This document shows, piece by piece, positions 44,976-54,343 of a stretch of 64,000 nt of DNA. The notes under the pieces are model-generated. The model did no database searches and was not told the DNA's origin. It was given only the letters and a program-made list of their open reading frames with translations. The DNA is from a bacterium (GTDB taxonomy: Bacteria > Patescibacteriota > Microgenomatia > Daviesbacterales > UBA10151). Both the position numbers and the translations under genes were made by a program. The stretch covers positions 7,012 to 71,011 of the forward strand of contig JAJYNW010000006.1 of assembly GCA_021786105.1 (NCBI GenBank), given 5' to 3'. Position 1 is the stretch's first letter. Each line of letters starts with the position of its first letter.

Positions 44976-45650
44976 ATGGTCTATTTTATTCTTTTCCTAG
45001 TTGAGCTAGTTTTTCTCTTCCTTTTATCCCGACAGCTGGTTCAATCACTGGCTCGTGCAATTTATAAAATATCCAAGAGCCACCGGGTAGTGGTGCATAC
45101 TTTAGCCATTTTGTTTTTACCAGGCACGATTATTCATGAGCTGGCCCATCTGTTATTTGCCGGCGTGATGCTGGTACCAGTGGGGGAAATGAATGTGCTG
45201 CCAGAGATTGAAGGTGATGGGGTTAAATTGGGCAGTGTCCAAATAGCCAAAACTGATCCTTTCAGAAGAATGATTATTGGGGTAGCACCAGTGCTTTTGG
45301 GGATGATTTTAATTTTTTCTATTTTTCTTTTGGTAAAATTAGGCGTCTCACCTTGGTGGCAGGCGGCTCTTGCTTTATATTTTCTTTTTGAAATTGGTAA
45401 TACCATGTTCTCTTCTAAAAAAGATATTGAAGGCAGTGTTCTGTTTGTAATCCTAATTTTAACTCTAGCATTGGTAATCACAATAGCCTTATATTTTCTA
45501 AATCCGAATATCCTGCAAAACTTCTGGTTGTATTTAAATCAGCTAAATCTTGATTTTGCAGCAAATTTTTTTAAACAAGCCTCTATTTATCTAATAATAC
45601 CGGCTGCTTTAGATTTACTGATGATTTTACTGACTAAGCTTGCTACTTGA
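44976..45650 (+). CDS. Polytopic membrane protein with an HExxH motif ('IIHELAHLLFAG'); possible intramembrane metalloprotease
   Basis: Five to six hydrophobic segments. HELAH sits in a predicted TM helix, as in site-2-protease-like enzymes. Tentative. Confidence 0.35.
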   Translation: MVYFILFLVELVFLFLLSRQLVQSLARAIYKISKSHRVVVHTLAILFLPGTIIHELAHLLFAGVMLVPVGEMNVLPEIEGDGVKLGSVQIAKTDPFRRMIIGVAPVLLGMILIFSIFLLVKLGVSPWWQAALALYFLFEIGNTMFSSKKDIEGSVLFVILILTLALVITIALYFLNPNILQNFWLYLNQLNLDFAANFFKQASIYLIIPAALDLLMILLTKLAT

Positions 45651-45724
45651 GGCTCATAGTGGTATGATATGCAGACTGCTTATGAACCGCCATGAGGGGC
45701 GGTTTTTTGGTGAGAAAGAAATTT

Positions 45725-47512
45725 ATGACTGATATTAGAAATGTAGCCATTATCGCCCACGTTGATCACGGCAAAACTACTCTGGTAGATGCCTTGCTTC
45801 GCCAATCCAAAACCAAGCTGGGAAAACAGTTTACCGATAATTCCGAGCTAATAATGGATTCTAATGATTTGGAAAAAGAACGTGGAATCACCATTTTCTC
45901 CAAAAACGCCTCCGTTAACTGGAAAAATACCAAGATCAATATTATTGATACCCCGGGTCATGCTGATTTTGGCGGGGAAGTGGAACGGGTCTTAAAAATG
46001 GCTGACGGGTGTTTGCTTTTGATTGATGCTAAAGAAGGCCCAATGCCTCAAACCAGATTCGTCTTAAAGAAAGCTTTAGAGATGAAACATAAGATTGTTG
46101 TAGTTATTAACAAAATTGACAAACCTGATGCGAGGATAAATTATGTTATCAATAAAACTTTTGATCTATTTTTGGAACTTGGTGCTGATGAAGAAGCTGC
46201 CTATTTTCCGACTATTTACTCTTCCGGAAAACACGGAAAAGCAGGTCTTGAAACTGATCTTTCCAAGATGGATGATATCTCACCGGTTTTTGATGCCATT
46301 TTGGAACATATTCCGGCACCTGTTGATGACATAAATAAACCATTGCAGGTGTTAATTACCAACACAATTTATGACAATTTTAAAGGCAGGATTGCAACCG
46401 GCCGGGTTTATAGCGGCACCGTCAAAGCCGGGCAGGAAATCGCCCACATCAACCGGGATGGCCTAATAAAGAAATTCAGACTAACTTCCTTAATGGGATT
46501 TGAGGGTTTGGAACGGGTGGATATTACCGAAGCGCACGCCGGTGACATTATTGCTCTCTCCGGAATTCCTGATATTACCATTGGCGAAACCATTGCCGAT
46601 CCAGTTAATTCAATCGCTTTGCCGGTTTTAGATATTGAGGAATCAACTGTTAGGATGAGATTTGGAGTTAACACTTCCCCTTTTGCCGGTCTTGAAGGTG
46701 AGTTTAAAACCGCCAGACAGATCCGGGAAAGGTTATATAAGGCTGCTGAGGCTGATGTGGCTTTAAAGGTAGAAGACGGGCCATCAGGCGACCAAATTGT
46801 CAGCGGCCGGGGAGAGCTGCATTTGGCAATTTTAATTGAAAGATTAAGGCGGGAAGGTTATGAATTTGAAGTGGGTAAGCCCCAGGTGATTGAGAAAATG
46901 GAAAACGGCAAGTTAATGACACCATATGAGAAGGTAGCGATTGAGGTGCCGGAGGAATTATCCGGATCGGTTATGCAAAAAATGGGACTCAGGCACGCCG
47001 AGCTTTTGGACATGAACACTGAGCAGGGGGTAGTGTTTTTGGAATTTTTGGTTGCCACCAAAGAATTTTTTGGTTACAGGTCCCAATTTATTACAGACAC
47101 TAAAGGTTTGGGCATTATCAGCAGCTCCTTTTTTGAATACAGGCCTGATTCCGGCCAAAAGTTTGAGAGGGCCCAAGGTTCATTAGTGGTTCATGAATCA
47201 GGAAATACCAAGTTATATGCTTTAATCGGAGCCCAGGATAGAGGAACTTTGTTTGTAGGACCGGGAGTAAATGTTTACAAAGGGCAGGTTATTGGTGCAA
47301 ACAGCAGAGGAGACGATATTAAGATTAATGTTTGCAAAGAAAAGCAGCAAACTAATCACAGATCTTCGGGTGAAGGAACTTCAGAGCATTTTAATACTCC
47401 AAAGCTGATGAGCTTGGAAAATGCCATTGAATATATTGATGATACAGAATTGGTAGAAATCACCCCCAAAAATATCAGAATTAGGAAAATTGATCTAAGC
47501 GCTAAAGTTTAG
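45725..47512 (+). CDS. typA: Translational GTPase TypA/BipA
   Basis: 'IRNVAIIAHVDHGKTTLVDALL', 'DTPGHADFGGEVERVL', 'NKIDKPDAR'. EF-G-like domain order. Confidence 0.9.
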   Translation: MTDIRNVAIIAHVDHGKTTLVDALLRQSKTKLGKQFTDNSELIMDSNDLEKERGITIFSKNASVNWKNTKINIIDTPGHADFGGEVERVLKMADGCLLLIDAKEGPMPQTRFVLKKALEMKHKIVVVINKIDKPDARINYVINKTFDLFLELGADEEAAYFPTIYSSGKHGKAGLETDLSKMDDISPVFDAILEHIPAPVDDINKPLQVLITNTIYDNFKGRIATGRVYSGTVKAGQEIAHINRDGLIKKFRLTSLMGFEGLERVDITEAHAGDIIALSGIPDITIGETIADPVNSIALPVLDIEESTVRMRFGVNTSPFAGLEGEFKTARQIRERLYKAAEADVALKVEDGPSGDQIVSGRGELHLAILIERLRREGYEFEVGKPQVIEKMENGKLMTPYEKVAIEVPEELSGSVMQKMGLRHAELLDMNTEQGVVFLEFLVATKEFFGYRSQFITDTKGLGIISSSFFEYRPDSGQKFERAQGSLVVHESGNTKLYALIGAQDRGTLFVGPGVNVYKGQVIGANSRGDDIKINVCKEKQQTNHRSSGEGTSEHFNTPKLMSLENAIEYIDDTELVEITPKNIRIRKIDLSAKV

Positions 47513-47541
47513 CCTGTAACCTTCCAGGTTGAGGCACGAAT

Positions 47542-47826
47542 TTAGTCCTTGTCTTGGTGTTCCAATTCATCTTTGTGGATTTCTTCATCAATTCCTAACT
47601 CACCTGGATGATCTTCGTCCTGGTTCTCATACAAACCTGCTTCATGGGCATCATCTAAAGTGTCATCATCTGATTCCGGGTCCGGGGTTGAACCGCTGGT
47701 AGTTTGCTCTCCGGTTTTAATATCTTCCGGAACCGCCTTCTCATGTTTTTGCTGATCAGGCTCAAGCCTTTTAGTTCTTCTGGTCTTAAAATAGATAATC
47801 GTTCTTTGATCTTTTCTTTTGGGCAT
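47542..47826 (-). CDS. Small, highly acidic hypothetical protein
   Basis: 94-aa ORF, Asp/Glu-rich C-terminus. Weak support. Confidence 0.3.
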   Translation of the reverse strand: MPKRKDQRTIIYFKTRRTKRLEPDQQKHEKAVPEDIKTGEQTTSGSTPDPESDDDTLDDAHEAGLYENQDEDHPGELGIDEEIHKDELEHQDKD

Positions 47827-47900
47827 GTTTACAATCTATATCAGGAATATATCTATTGCAACAAAATAGGGCATTAAATTGGTAAGAAAATATTGTGCTG

Positions 47901-47973
47901 CGCCCCTGGAAGGATTTGCACCCTCGACCCTTTCGTCCGAAGCGAAATGCTCTATCTGCTGAGCTACAGGGGC
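47901..47973 (-). tRNA. tRNA-Arg-like (anticodon UCG) with an atypical T-loop (TGCAAAT)
   Basis: Reverse complement: GCCCCTG-TA-GCTC-AGCAGATA-GAGC-A-TTTCG-CTTCGGA-CGAAA-GGGTC-GAGGG-TGCAAAT-CCTTC-CAGGGGC-G. Position 55 is G rather than U. A 10-bp palindrome lies at 47975-48005 just 5' of it. Confidence 0.6.
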
Positions 47974-48076
47974 TTGAATGTCTAAACGACATTCAAGCCG
48001 GTCAATATCTTTTTATCGACGAAGTCGAAATATAATCATTGTTTGACCGACACGCCGTCTAGATAGCTATATTCTA

Positions 48077-48895
48077 TCATCTTAGGAGTTCCAATGCCCC
48101 GTAAAGACCGGCATCATCATCCAGCGAGCATTTAGTAATCAGGGGAGCCTGGGGAAAGACGGTTAAGAATCGATTTAAATAGCCTTGAACTTTTTCTAAA
48201 GGGATAGACCGGGAGACACTGCCGCCCAAAATAAAAATATCCGGTGACCAATGAACTGCTACGTTAGTCAAACCAATTGCCAAATATTTTGCTATTTCAT
48301 CCCAAATTTGCGGATCAGTAATATTTTCCCCCTTTTGCCCATATATTTTCTCCAAATACGATCCGCCAACATAAGATTCCCAATGGCCTTTGCCGCCACA
48401 AGTGCAAAGGTTGCCTTCCGGCACAATAATTTGGTGTCCTGGTTCAAAGCCTAAAGAGTTTTTATCGATTTTCCCCGCCACAATTCTGACTCCGCCAATG
48501 CCGGTGCCAATGTTAATAAAAGCTACGATACCTTTTCCTTGTCCGGTGCCTTTGGCGGCTTCACCTAAGCCTTCGATGGCTGTATCATTTTCCAGGTAAG
48601 CTTGACAACCAAATGCTTTTTCCAGTTCCAGCTTTAGTGGTTTACCCGCCCAACTTGAAGCGTGGGCACTTTTAGCCAAGGCTGTTTTTTCGTGGTTCAG
48701 AACTCCGGCGATGCCTCCTGCAACGCCTTCAATTTTTTCGCCCCCTGAAAGTTCCCCGGTTATTTTTTTTAGTGTTAGGACGCCTTGACCAAAATCATCT
48801 GGCTTCGAAACTATTTTTGATTCCTTGATGGTTTCTCCGTCCGGAGAAACACCCAACCTCATATTGGTCCCGCCAATATCAAATACAAAATACAT
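48077..48895 (-). CDS. glk: ROK-family glucokinase
   Basis: 'MYFVFDIGGTNMRLGV' at the N-terminus. Zinc motif 'CTCGGKGHWESY'. Confidence 0.85.
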   Translation of the reverse strand: MYFVFDIGGTNMRLGVSPDGETIKESKIVSKPDDFGQGVLTLKKITGELSGGEKIEGVAGGIAGVLNHEKTALAKSAHASSWAGKPLKLELEKAFGCQAYLENDTAIEGLGEAAKGTGQGKGIVAFINIGTGIGGVRIVAGKIDKNSLGFEPGHQIIVPEGNLCTCGGKGHWESYVGGSYLEKIYGQKGENITDPQIWDEIAKYLAIGLTNVAVHWSPDIFILGGSVSRSIPLEKVQGYLNRFLTVFPQAPLITKCSLDDDAGLYGALELLR

Positions 48896-49018
48896 ATTTT
48901 GATTCTAGCATACCATAAAAAATCTATCACCCATCTCTTACTGGATTTTAATTCAATCCTAAAATTGCCGGAGTAAGATTTAAGCGTAAAGGATGAAAAA
49001 TGAGGTAAGGAGGTGAGA

Positions 49019-49219
49019 ATGAATATGATTAAGAAAGGCTTGATTGCGGTAGGCAGCTTGATAACTGCATTTGCATTGACTTTAGGCGTGGCGATGGCTC
49101 AATCACCCTCACCAACGGAAAGCCCAACTATATCACCGAGCCCAACAACAACAGTAAGTCCAACAGCGTCACCTACTGTGCCAACTGGTGCTCCTGCAAC
49201 AGGTATGGGTGGACAGTAA
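49019..49219 (+). CDS. Small secreted Pro/Thr/Ser-rich peptide (signal peptide plus PT-rich tail)
   Basis: TAAGGAGG RBS. Signal 'LIAVGSLITAFALTLGVAMAQ'. It lies immediately upstream of a sortase gene. No LPXTG and no C-terminal TM. Confidence 0.5.
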   Translation: MNMIKKGLIAVGSLITAFALTLGVAMAQSPSPTESPTISPSPTTTVSPTASPTVPTGAPATGMGGQ

Positions 49220-49283
49220 ACCCGTAGGGTGGTAAAATGGCAGGCGTTTTTCGTTCTACGGACACGCCTGCCAGAAATAAGCT

Positions 49284-49928
49284 ATGAAAAAACTGTCCAA
49301 TATCCTGGTTATAATAGTTTTTGCTTTGGTGGGGGTCCTGCTTGGTTTGAGATTTATTCCTCAAGCCCGTCAGGTAAATCAAAGCCAAAGTACGGTCCCA
49401 GTGGTTTCCACCAGTGTTCCGCAGCCGGTCCAAGACCAAAACAAGCCGGAACCTGCCGTAAAAGCCGTAGAAGTAAAACCAGCTGCTGAGCCTCAAACTT
49501 TATCCATTCCTAAATTAGGAGTTAATGCCGCTGTTGAATCCGTAGGACAAGACAGATCCGGTAGGATGGATGTGCCAACGGGGGTAGATAATGTCGGCTG
49601 GTATAGCTTAGGGTACAAGCCTGGAGAAAAAGGAAATGCGGTAATAGACGGACACCTAGATGCAGTAACCGGTGCTCCGGCAGTATTTTATTATCTGGAC
49701 CGGTTGCAGCCTGGTGATCAAGTGATTGTGACTGATAAGAACGGTAAGGACTTAACTTTTGAAGTGACCGTGTCGCAATCATATCCTTTTGATCAGGTTC
49801 CTTTGCAGGAAATCTTTGGGTCCAACGACAAATCAAGGCTCAATTTAATAACTTGTACGGGTGTTTGGAATAGCGGGGCCAGGAATTATTCAAACAGGTT
49901 AGTGGTTTATGCAGAACTAAAAAGCTAA
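49284..49928 (+). CDS. Sortase-family transpeptidase
   Basis: N-terminal TM. Catalytic His 'IDGHLD', Cys 'LNLITCTG', Arg 'RLVVYA'. Confidence 0.85.
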   Translation: MKKLSNILVIIVFALVGVLLGLRFIPQARQVNQSQSTVPVVSTSVPQPVQDQNKPEPAVKAVEVKPAAEPQTLSIPKLGVNAAVESVGQDRSGRMDVPTGVDNVGWYSLGYKPGEKGNAVIDGHLDAVTGAPAVFYYLDRLQPGDQVIVTDKNGKDLTFEVTVSQSYPFDQVPLQEIFGSNDKSRLNLITCTGVWNSGARNYSNRLVVYAELKS

Positions 49929-49980
49929 GGGATTTAGTTTACTTCTTTACACAATCTTTCCCATAAATTATATTTAGGTC

Positions 49981-50997
49981 ATGAAACTTGGTTATATAGG
50001 TTTGGGCAGAATGGGGAAGAATATGGTTTTAAATCTTTTGGGAAAGGGAATTGAAGTGGTGGCTTGGAACAGGTCTCCCCAACCTCGGGAAGAGTTGAAA
50101 AAAGAAGCTGCAGGATTAAAAAGCGGTTCGGAAAATTTGGAAGTTGCTGAGAGTTTGGATGAATTAGTATCAATATTAAGAAATCAAGATCGCCACGTCG
50201 CTGACACTCTCCCGCTTAGCGGGACTATAGCTCGCGATGACAATATTGTAATTTGGTTGATGGTCACTGCCGGGCCGGCAGTTGATGAAGTTATTAATCA
50301 GCTGGCGGAAAAGCTGGATAAAGGTGATTTAGTAATAGACGGCGGTAATTCCCTTTATACAGATACTTTAAGACGAAACGAAATATTAACTAAAAAAGGC
50401 ATTCATTTCATGGATGCCGGTACTTCCGGCGGAGTAGAAGGCGCAAGAGATGGTGCGTGTATTATGGTAGGCGGGGCTCCGGAGGATTATAAGTTGGTAG
50501 AGCCTGTTTTGAAGGCAGCTGCCAAGCCTGATGCTTATGCTTATTTGGGCCCAGTGGGAGCAGGTCACTTTGCCAAAACTATTCACAATGGGATTGAATA
50601 CGGCATGATGGAAGCAATTGGTGAGGGGGCGGCAATATTGAAAAGTTCTCCTTTTCCATACGATTTGCGGGAAGTTTTTCGGATTTATAACAACAGCTCG
50701 ATTATTGAATCGAGATTAGTCGGTTGGACTCTAGCAGAATTGAAGAATGATCCTAAGCTGGAAAACATTTCTTCTGTAATAGGTTCAGGAGGCGGCGCAG
50801 GTAAAACTAAAGGTGAGGGCCACTGGACTGTGGAGCTGGCTAAGAGTTTAGAGGTGGATGTGCCCGTGATTGAAGCTTCTGTGGCAGTCCGGGATAATTC
50901 TGATCAAGATAAAGAGGATTCTCCCAATGGTTTTAGGAATAAAGTAGTAGCCGCCATGCGCTGGCAGTTTGGGCGCCACCCAGTTAAAAAGCATTAA
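49981..50997 (+). CDS. gnd: 6-phosphogluconate dehydrogenase (decarboxylating), short Gnd/YqeC-like form
   Basis: 'MKLGYIGLGRMGKNMVLNLL' is the NAD(P)-binding Rossmann motif. 'GDLVIDGGNS', 'GTSGGVEGA'. Confidence 0.8.
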   Translation: MKLGYIGLGRMGKNMVLNLLGKGIEVVAWNRSPQPREELKKEAAGLKSGSENLEVAESLDELVSILRNQDRHVADTLPLSGTIARDDNIVIWLMVTAGPAVDEVINQLAEKLDKGDLVIDGGNSLYTDTLRRNEILTKKGIHFMDAGTSGGVEGARDGACIMVGGAPEDYKLVEPVLKAAAKPDAYAYLGPVGAGHFAKTIHNGIEYGMMEAIGEGAAILKSSPFPYDLREVFRIYNNSSIIESRLVGWTLAELKNDPKLENISSVIGSGGGAGKTKGEGHWTVELAKSLEVDVPVIEASVAVRDNSDQDKEDSPNGFRNKVVAAMRWQFGRHPVKKH

Positions 50998-51800
50998 TAC
51001 AATATCCTACCTCGGAGGTAGGAGTGAGGTTACACCTAGGGTTTTAGGTAATTTTCAATCTTCCCCATCAATTAATAAATGCTTTACCGTTTCTAAGCTC
51101 TGTGCGTATTCTACCTGGTCTAACACAAATTGTTCATATTTCTTTTTAGTTTTGAACAAAGATAAGATGATATCATTTGTACAAACCCTGTCTATTTGTA
51201 AGCCAATATAAGCTAGGTAGGATGACCAAGAATAATCTTTTAGGTTTTTAACCAAAAACGATGCAATTGGATTTAAATGAATATATCGAGAAACATGAAT
51301 AAGTTGCGTATCAGATTCTATTCTTACAGCTTTAAATTGCCCTTGTAAGAGCGGACCTATTCTATTGTGTTTTGCATTAAAAAATTTTGTATAACTATTT
51401 GAGATTTTATTGATAAACTCAGAAATACCATTTTCTTGGAGCTGTTTTATCAAGAAATGGTAATGATTTGGCATTAAGCAGTAACATAGAATCTCTACAA
51501 TCTTTTCATTCTTCTCAAATTTGAAATCCTTAAACCTATTTAGTTGGGAAAATTGTGGTTTAGGTCCTTGGAATTGGTAATAATAAATTGTTTCCAGGAA
51601 GCGATTGTAATCTCTTTTATCTGTAAAGATTGGCAGTTTTGCTACACCACGATTAAAAACATGATAGATTTGATCATTAACAAGTGGGGTTGTTCGATAG
51701 GGCATATAAATAAACTAAACTATATAAACCCCACGTGTCAATACATTTCTACCTCGGAGGTAGGAGTATAATGATACATAGGGTTTTGTGACTCTAAGCT
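50998..51800. mobile_element. IS200/IS605-family or RAYT-like element: a Y1 (HuH) transposase gene flanked by ~50-bp direct repeats, each with a CTACCTCGGAGGTAG hairpin
   Basis: Left flank 51003-51052 'cctacctcggaggtaggagtgaggttacacctagggtttt'. Right flank 51752-51800 'ctacctcggaggtaggagtataatgatacatagggtttt'. The transposase CDS lies between them. Confidence 0.65.
51055..51705 (-). CDS. tnpA: IS200-like Y1 (HuH) transposase / REP-associated tyrosine transposase
   Basis: 'YHVFNRGV', HuH motif 'LMPNHYHFLI', and 'SRYIHLNP' carrying the candidate catalytic Tyr. Typical Y1_Tnp architecture. Confidence 0.75.
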   Translation of the reverse strand: MPYRTTPLVNDQIYHVFNRGVAKLPIFTDKRDYNRFLETIYYYQFQGPKPQFSQLNRFKDFKFEKNEKIVEILCYCLMPNHYHFLIKQLQENGISEFINKISNSYTKFFNAKHNRIGPLLQGQFKAVRIESDTQLIHVSRYIHLNPIASFLVKNLKDYSWSSYLAYIGLQIDRVCTNDIILSLFKTKKKYEQFVLDQVEYAQSLETVKHLLIDGED

Positions 51801-51871
51801 TTTAGGATATACAATAGCGGAGCTTTATATCCTTACTTTCGGAGTTTTTTTATGCCACTGCTTACACCAGG

Positions 51872-52519
51872 TTACAAAAGTTTAGAGAGAATTTCGGTAT
51901 GGTTTGAAATTACCGGTGCATCATCAGGAATTCTCGGATCTTTATCTGCTAAATCCCGGCAAAAATAGATAAAGCTGCAACCAGCGCTTTTGACTGCCAG
52001 ATAATCGTTATAAGCATCGCCGACATAAACACAATCCTGTATAGGTAGTCCCATCAGCTTAGCGGTTAATAAAATCGGTTCCGGATCCGGTTTACCATGC
52101 TTATACATTTCCCAGGAAACCGTATTATCTTTTAACATTTGTAGGCCAAAAAGATGGTTGTAAATGGAAAGCGCAAAATCCCTGCGGGCGGAGGTACAAA
52201 CCCACACATTTACTCCATGTTCCTTAAGTTTTTTATAAGCATCTAAAAAATTTTCAAACAATCCGGCTGCGTGAGTATTTTTATTAACATATTCTTCTTT
52301 TGCTTGGACAAAACTTTTGCCGTGAGTAGCGAACTTTTCTCCCAGGATCATTTTGGCGGCTGTTTCGTTGGCCATGCCTTTTTGGTTCCGCAGAAAATCC
52401 TGGTTAATATCGATATCGTGGCTTTTGCCGGCTTCCTGCCAGCCTTGTTCATGGAGTTTGGTGGTGGAAATAATGGTTCCATCCAAATCATAAATCACAC
52501 CCTTTTTCTTGATGTCCAC
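51872..52519 (-). CDS. HAD-superfamily hydrolase (beta-phosphoglucomutase / phosphatase-like)
   Basis: Motif I 'VIYDLDGTII'. C-terminal 'YVGDAYNDYLAVKSAG' is motif IV. Confidence 0.8.
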   Translation of the reverse strand: MDIKKKGVIYDLDGTIISTTKLHEQGWQEAGKSHDIDINQDFLRNQKGMANETAAKMILGEKFATHGKSFVQAKEEYVNKNTHAAGLFENFLDAYKKLKEHGVNVWVCTSARRDFALSIYNHLFGLQMLKDNTVSWEMYKHGKPDPEPILLTAKLMGLPIQDCVYVGDAYNDYLAVKSAGCSFIYFCRDLADKDPRIPDDAPVISNHTEILSKLL

Positions 52520-52541
52520 ACACCATATAATATACTAAGCG

Positions 52542-52883
52542 ATGGATAATGACAAAACTCTCCTAAAAATAGTCAAAACTTGGAATATTAAAATGCAGCC
52601 GGAATACCGGGGTTTTAGGTGTGCCGATTGCCAAAGGTATTTGCACAAAGCCTGGCATCACTACTTAAATTACGGCGGTTTTAAAACTCCTGTCCACTTT
52701 TGTAATAACTGCCAGAAAAAATTTGGTTCAAAAACTGGAATTCTTAAAATTTTTACCTGTGATAAATGTGGCCGAAATATGTTTAAAACTTTTCATATTT
52801 GGACCAAAGAAGGTAAAAATTTAGTGGAAATCCATCTTTGTAAAGAGTGTTTTAACAAATCAAATCCGGCAAAAATCCATTGA
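52542..52883 (+). CDS. Cys-rich (zinc-ribbon-like) small protein
   Basis: Several CxxC pairs: 'CADCQ', 'CNNCQ', 'CDKCG', 'CKEC'. Confidence 0.35.
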   Translation: MDNDKTLLKIVKTWNIKMQPEYRGFRCADCQRYLHKAWHHYLNYGGFKTPVHFCNNCQKKFGSKTGILKIFTCDKCGRNMFKTFHIWTKEGKNLVEIHLCKECFNKSNPAKIH

Positions 52884-54314
52884 GGGTTCAAGCCATGTTC
52901 GGCCATCTTCTTTGATCAGTTTATTTGCTTCTTCTGGTCCCCAAGTTCCAGGTTTATATATGTAAGGGTTGTTTTTGTTTTCAGCGAGCGGATCAATAAA
53001 AGCCCATTGGGTTTCTACTTCCTCAGCGTCATTAAAAAAGGTTTGATCACCCTTCATGGCATCACTCAAAAGTCTTTCATAAGGATCAGGGATATAGTGG
53101 TTGTGCGGGTCAATCCGGTAACAATATTGCATATATTCAGGCTGTAATTTGGTTTCCAGGCCGGGAATTTTGGTGAGAATCTTTAAGACTATACCTTCGT
53201 TTGGCTGGATCCGGTAAATTAACACATTTGGTTCATCCCCTGAGTTTGATTTAATTAATCTATTCACAGGATTTTTAAAAATGATGGCTATTTCTGTAAC
53301 AGTTTGTTTTAATTTTTTACCGGCTCTGATATAGACCGGTACATTCTTAAAGCGCTCATTATTGATAAAGGTTTTTAAGGCATAAAATGTATCAGTATTT
53401 GAATCTGTTGCTACATTAACTTCCTTCTGATAACCTTCGTATTGGCCATAAACAATCTTTTGGGGTAAAGGGGTCAGGTTTTTTAGAATTTTAATTCTTT
53501 CTTTGGTTACGGCCTTACTGCTAAGCTCGCTTGGCGCGTCCATAGTGGCAAAAGCCAGCATCTGCAGCTGGTGATTTTGCCCTACGTCTTTTAAAGCGCC
53601 AACTTGATCATAGTAACCGCCTCGTTTGCCGATACCAAAATCCTCACTGGCTAGGATCTGGATATGGTCAATGTGATCTTTGTTAATCATGGGTTCAAAG
53701 ATGTCGTTGGCAAACCTGAAAGTTAAGATATTCTGCAGGGTTTCTTTCCCTAAATAATGATCCAGCCGGTAAATTTGATCTTCAGTAAAGTATTCCAAAA
53801 GCAGTTTATTAAGTTCCTGGGCTGATTTAAGATCGTGGCCGATTGGTTTTTCAATCATTAACCTGACCCAGCCGTCCTGCTGGATATTTAGCTTATTTTT
53901 TTGTAAATTTTCAAAAACTTGAATATAAAGTTCCGGATAGGTAGCCAAATAAAAGATTCGGTTTTTGCGGTCTAAAAGTTTCGTCAATCTTTCGTATAGG
54001 TTTTGATCGTTAATTTGGCCGTTTAAGTATTTAAGTCTTTTATAAAGTTTCTGGAAGACTTGTTCTTTTATTTCATGCTTGTGATGAATGTTTTCCAAGT
54101 GTAAAACTGAGTGAATGTAGTTTTTAAATTCCATTTCCGACATGGCAGTTCTGGCTATGCCGACAATAGTCATGTTGTCAGGTAAAATCCCTTTTTCCTC
54201 CATATCATAAAGGGCTGGGATGAGTTTAATTTGGGCTAAATTACTGGTGATACCGAAGATGGTTAAGGCAAAGGATTCCATTAATGTCCTACAACATACC
54301 ACTTTTTTTCTCAT
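52860..54314 (-). CDS. zwf: Glucose-6-phosphate 1-dehydrogenase
   Basis: Active-site signature 'RLDHYLGKE'. N-terminal NADP-binding 'IFGITSNLAQIKLIPALY'. Confidence 0.95.
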   Translation of the reverse strand: MRKKVVCCRTLMESFALTIFGITSNLAQIKLIPALYDMEEKGILPDNMTIVGIARTAMSEMEFKNYIHSVLHLENIHHKHEIKEQVFQKLYKRLKYLNGQINDQNLYERLTKLLDRKNRIFYLATYPELYIQVFENLQKNKLNIQQDGWVRLMIEKPIGHDLKSAQELNKLLLEYFTEDQIYRLDHYLGKETLQNILTFRFANDIFEPMINKDHIDHIQILASEDFGIGKRGGYYDQVGALKDVGQNHQLQMLAFATMDAPSELSSKAVTKERIKILKNLTPLPQKIVYGQYEGYQKEVNVATDSNTDTFYALKTFINNERFKNVPVYIRAGKKLKQTVTEIAIIFKNPVNRLIKSNSGDEPNVLIYRIQPNEGIVLKILTKIPGLETKLQPEYMQYCYRIDPHNHYIPDPYERLLSDAMKGDQTFFNDAEEVETQWAFIDPLAENKNNPYIYKPGTWGPEEANKLIKEDGRTWLEPSMDFCRI

Positions 54315-54343
54315 AAGTCATCTGATATGTTAGTATACTGTTA

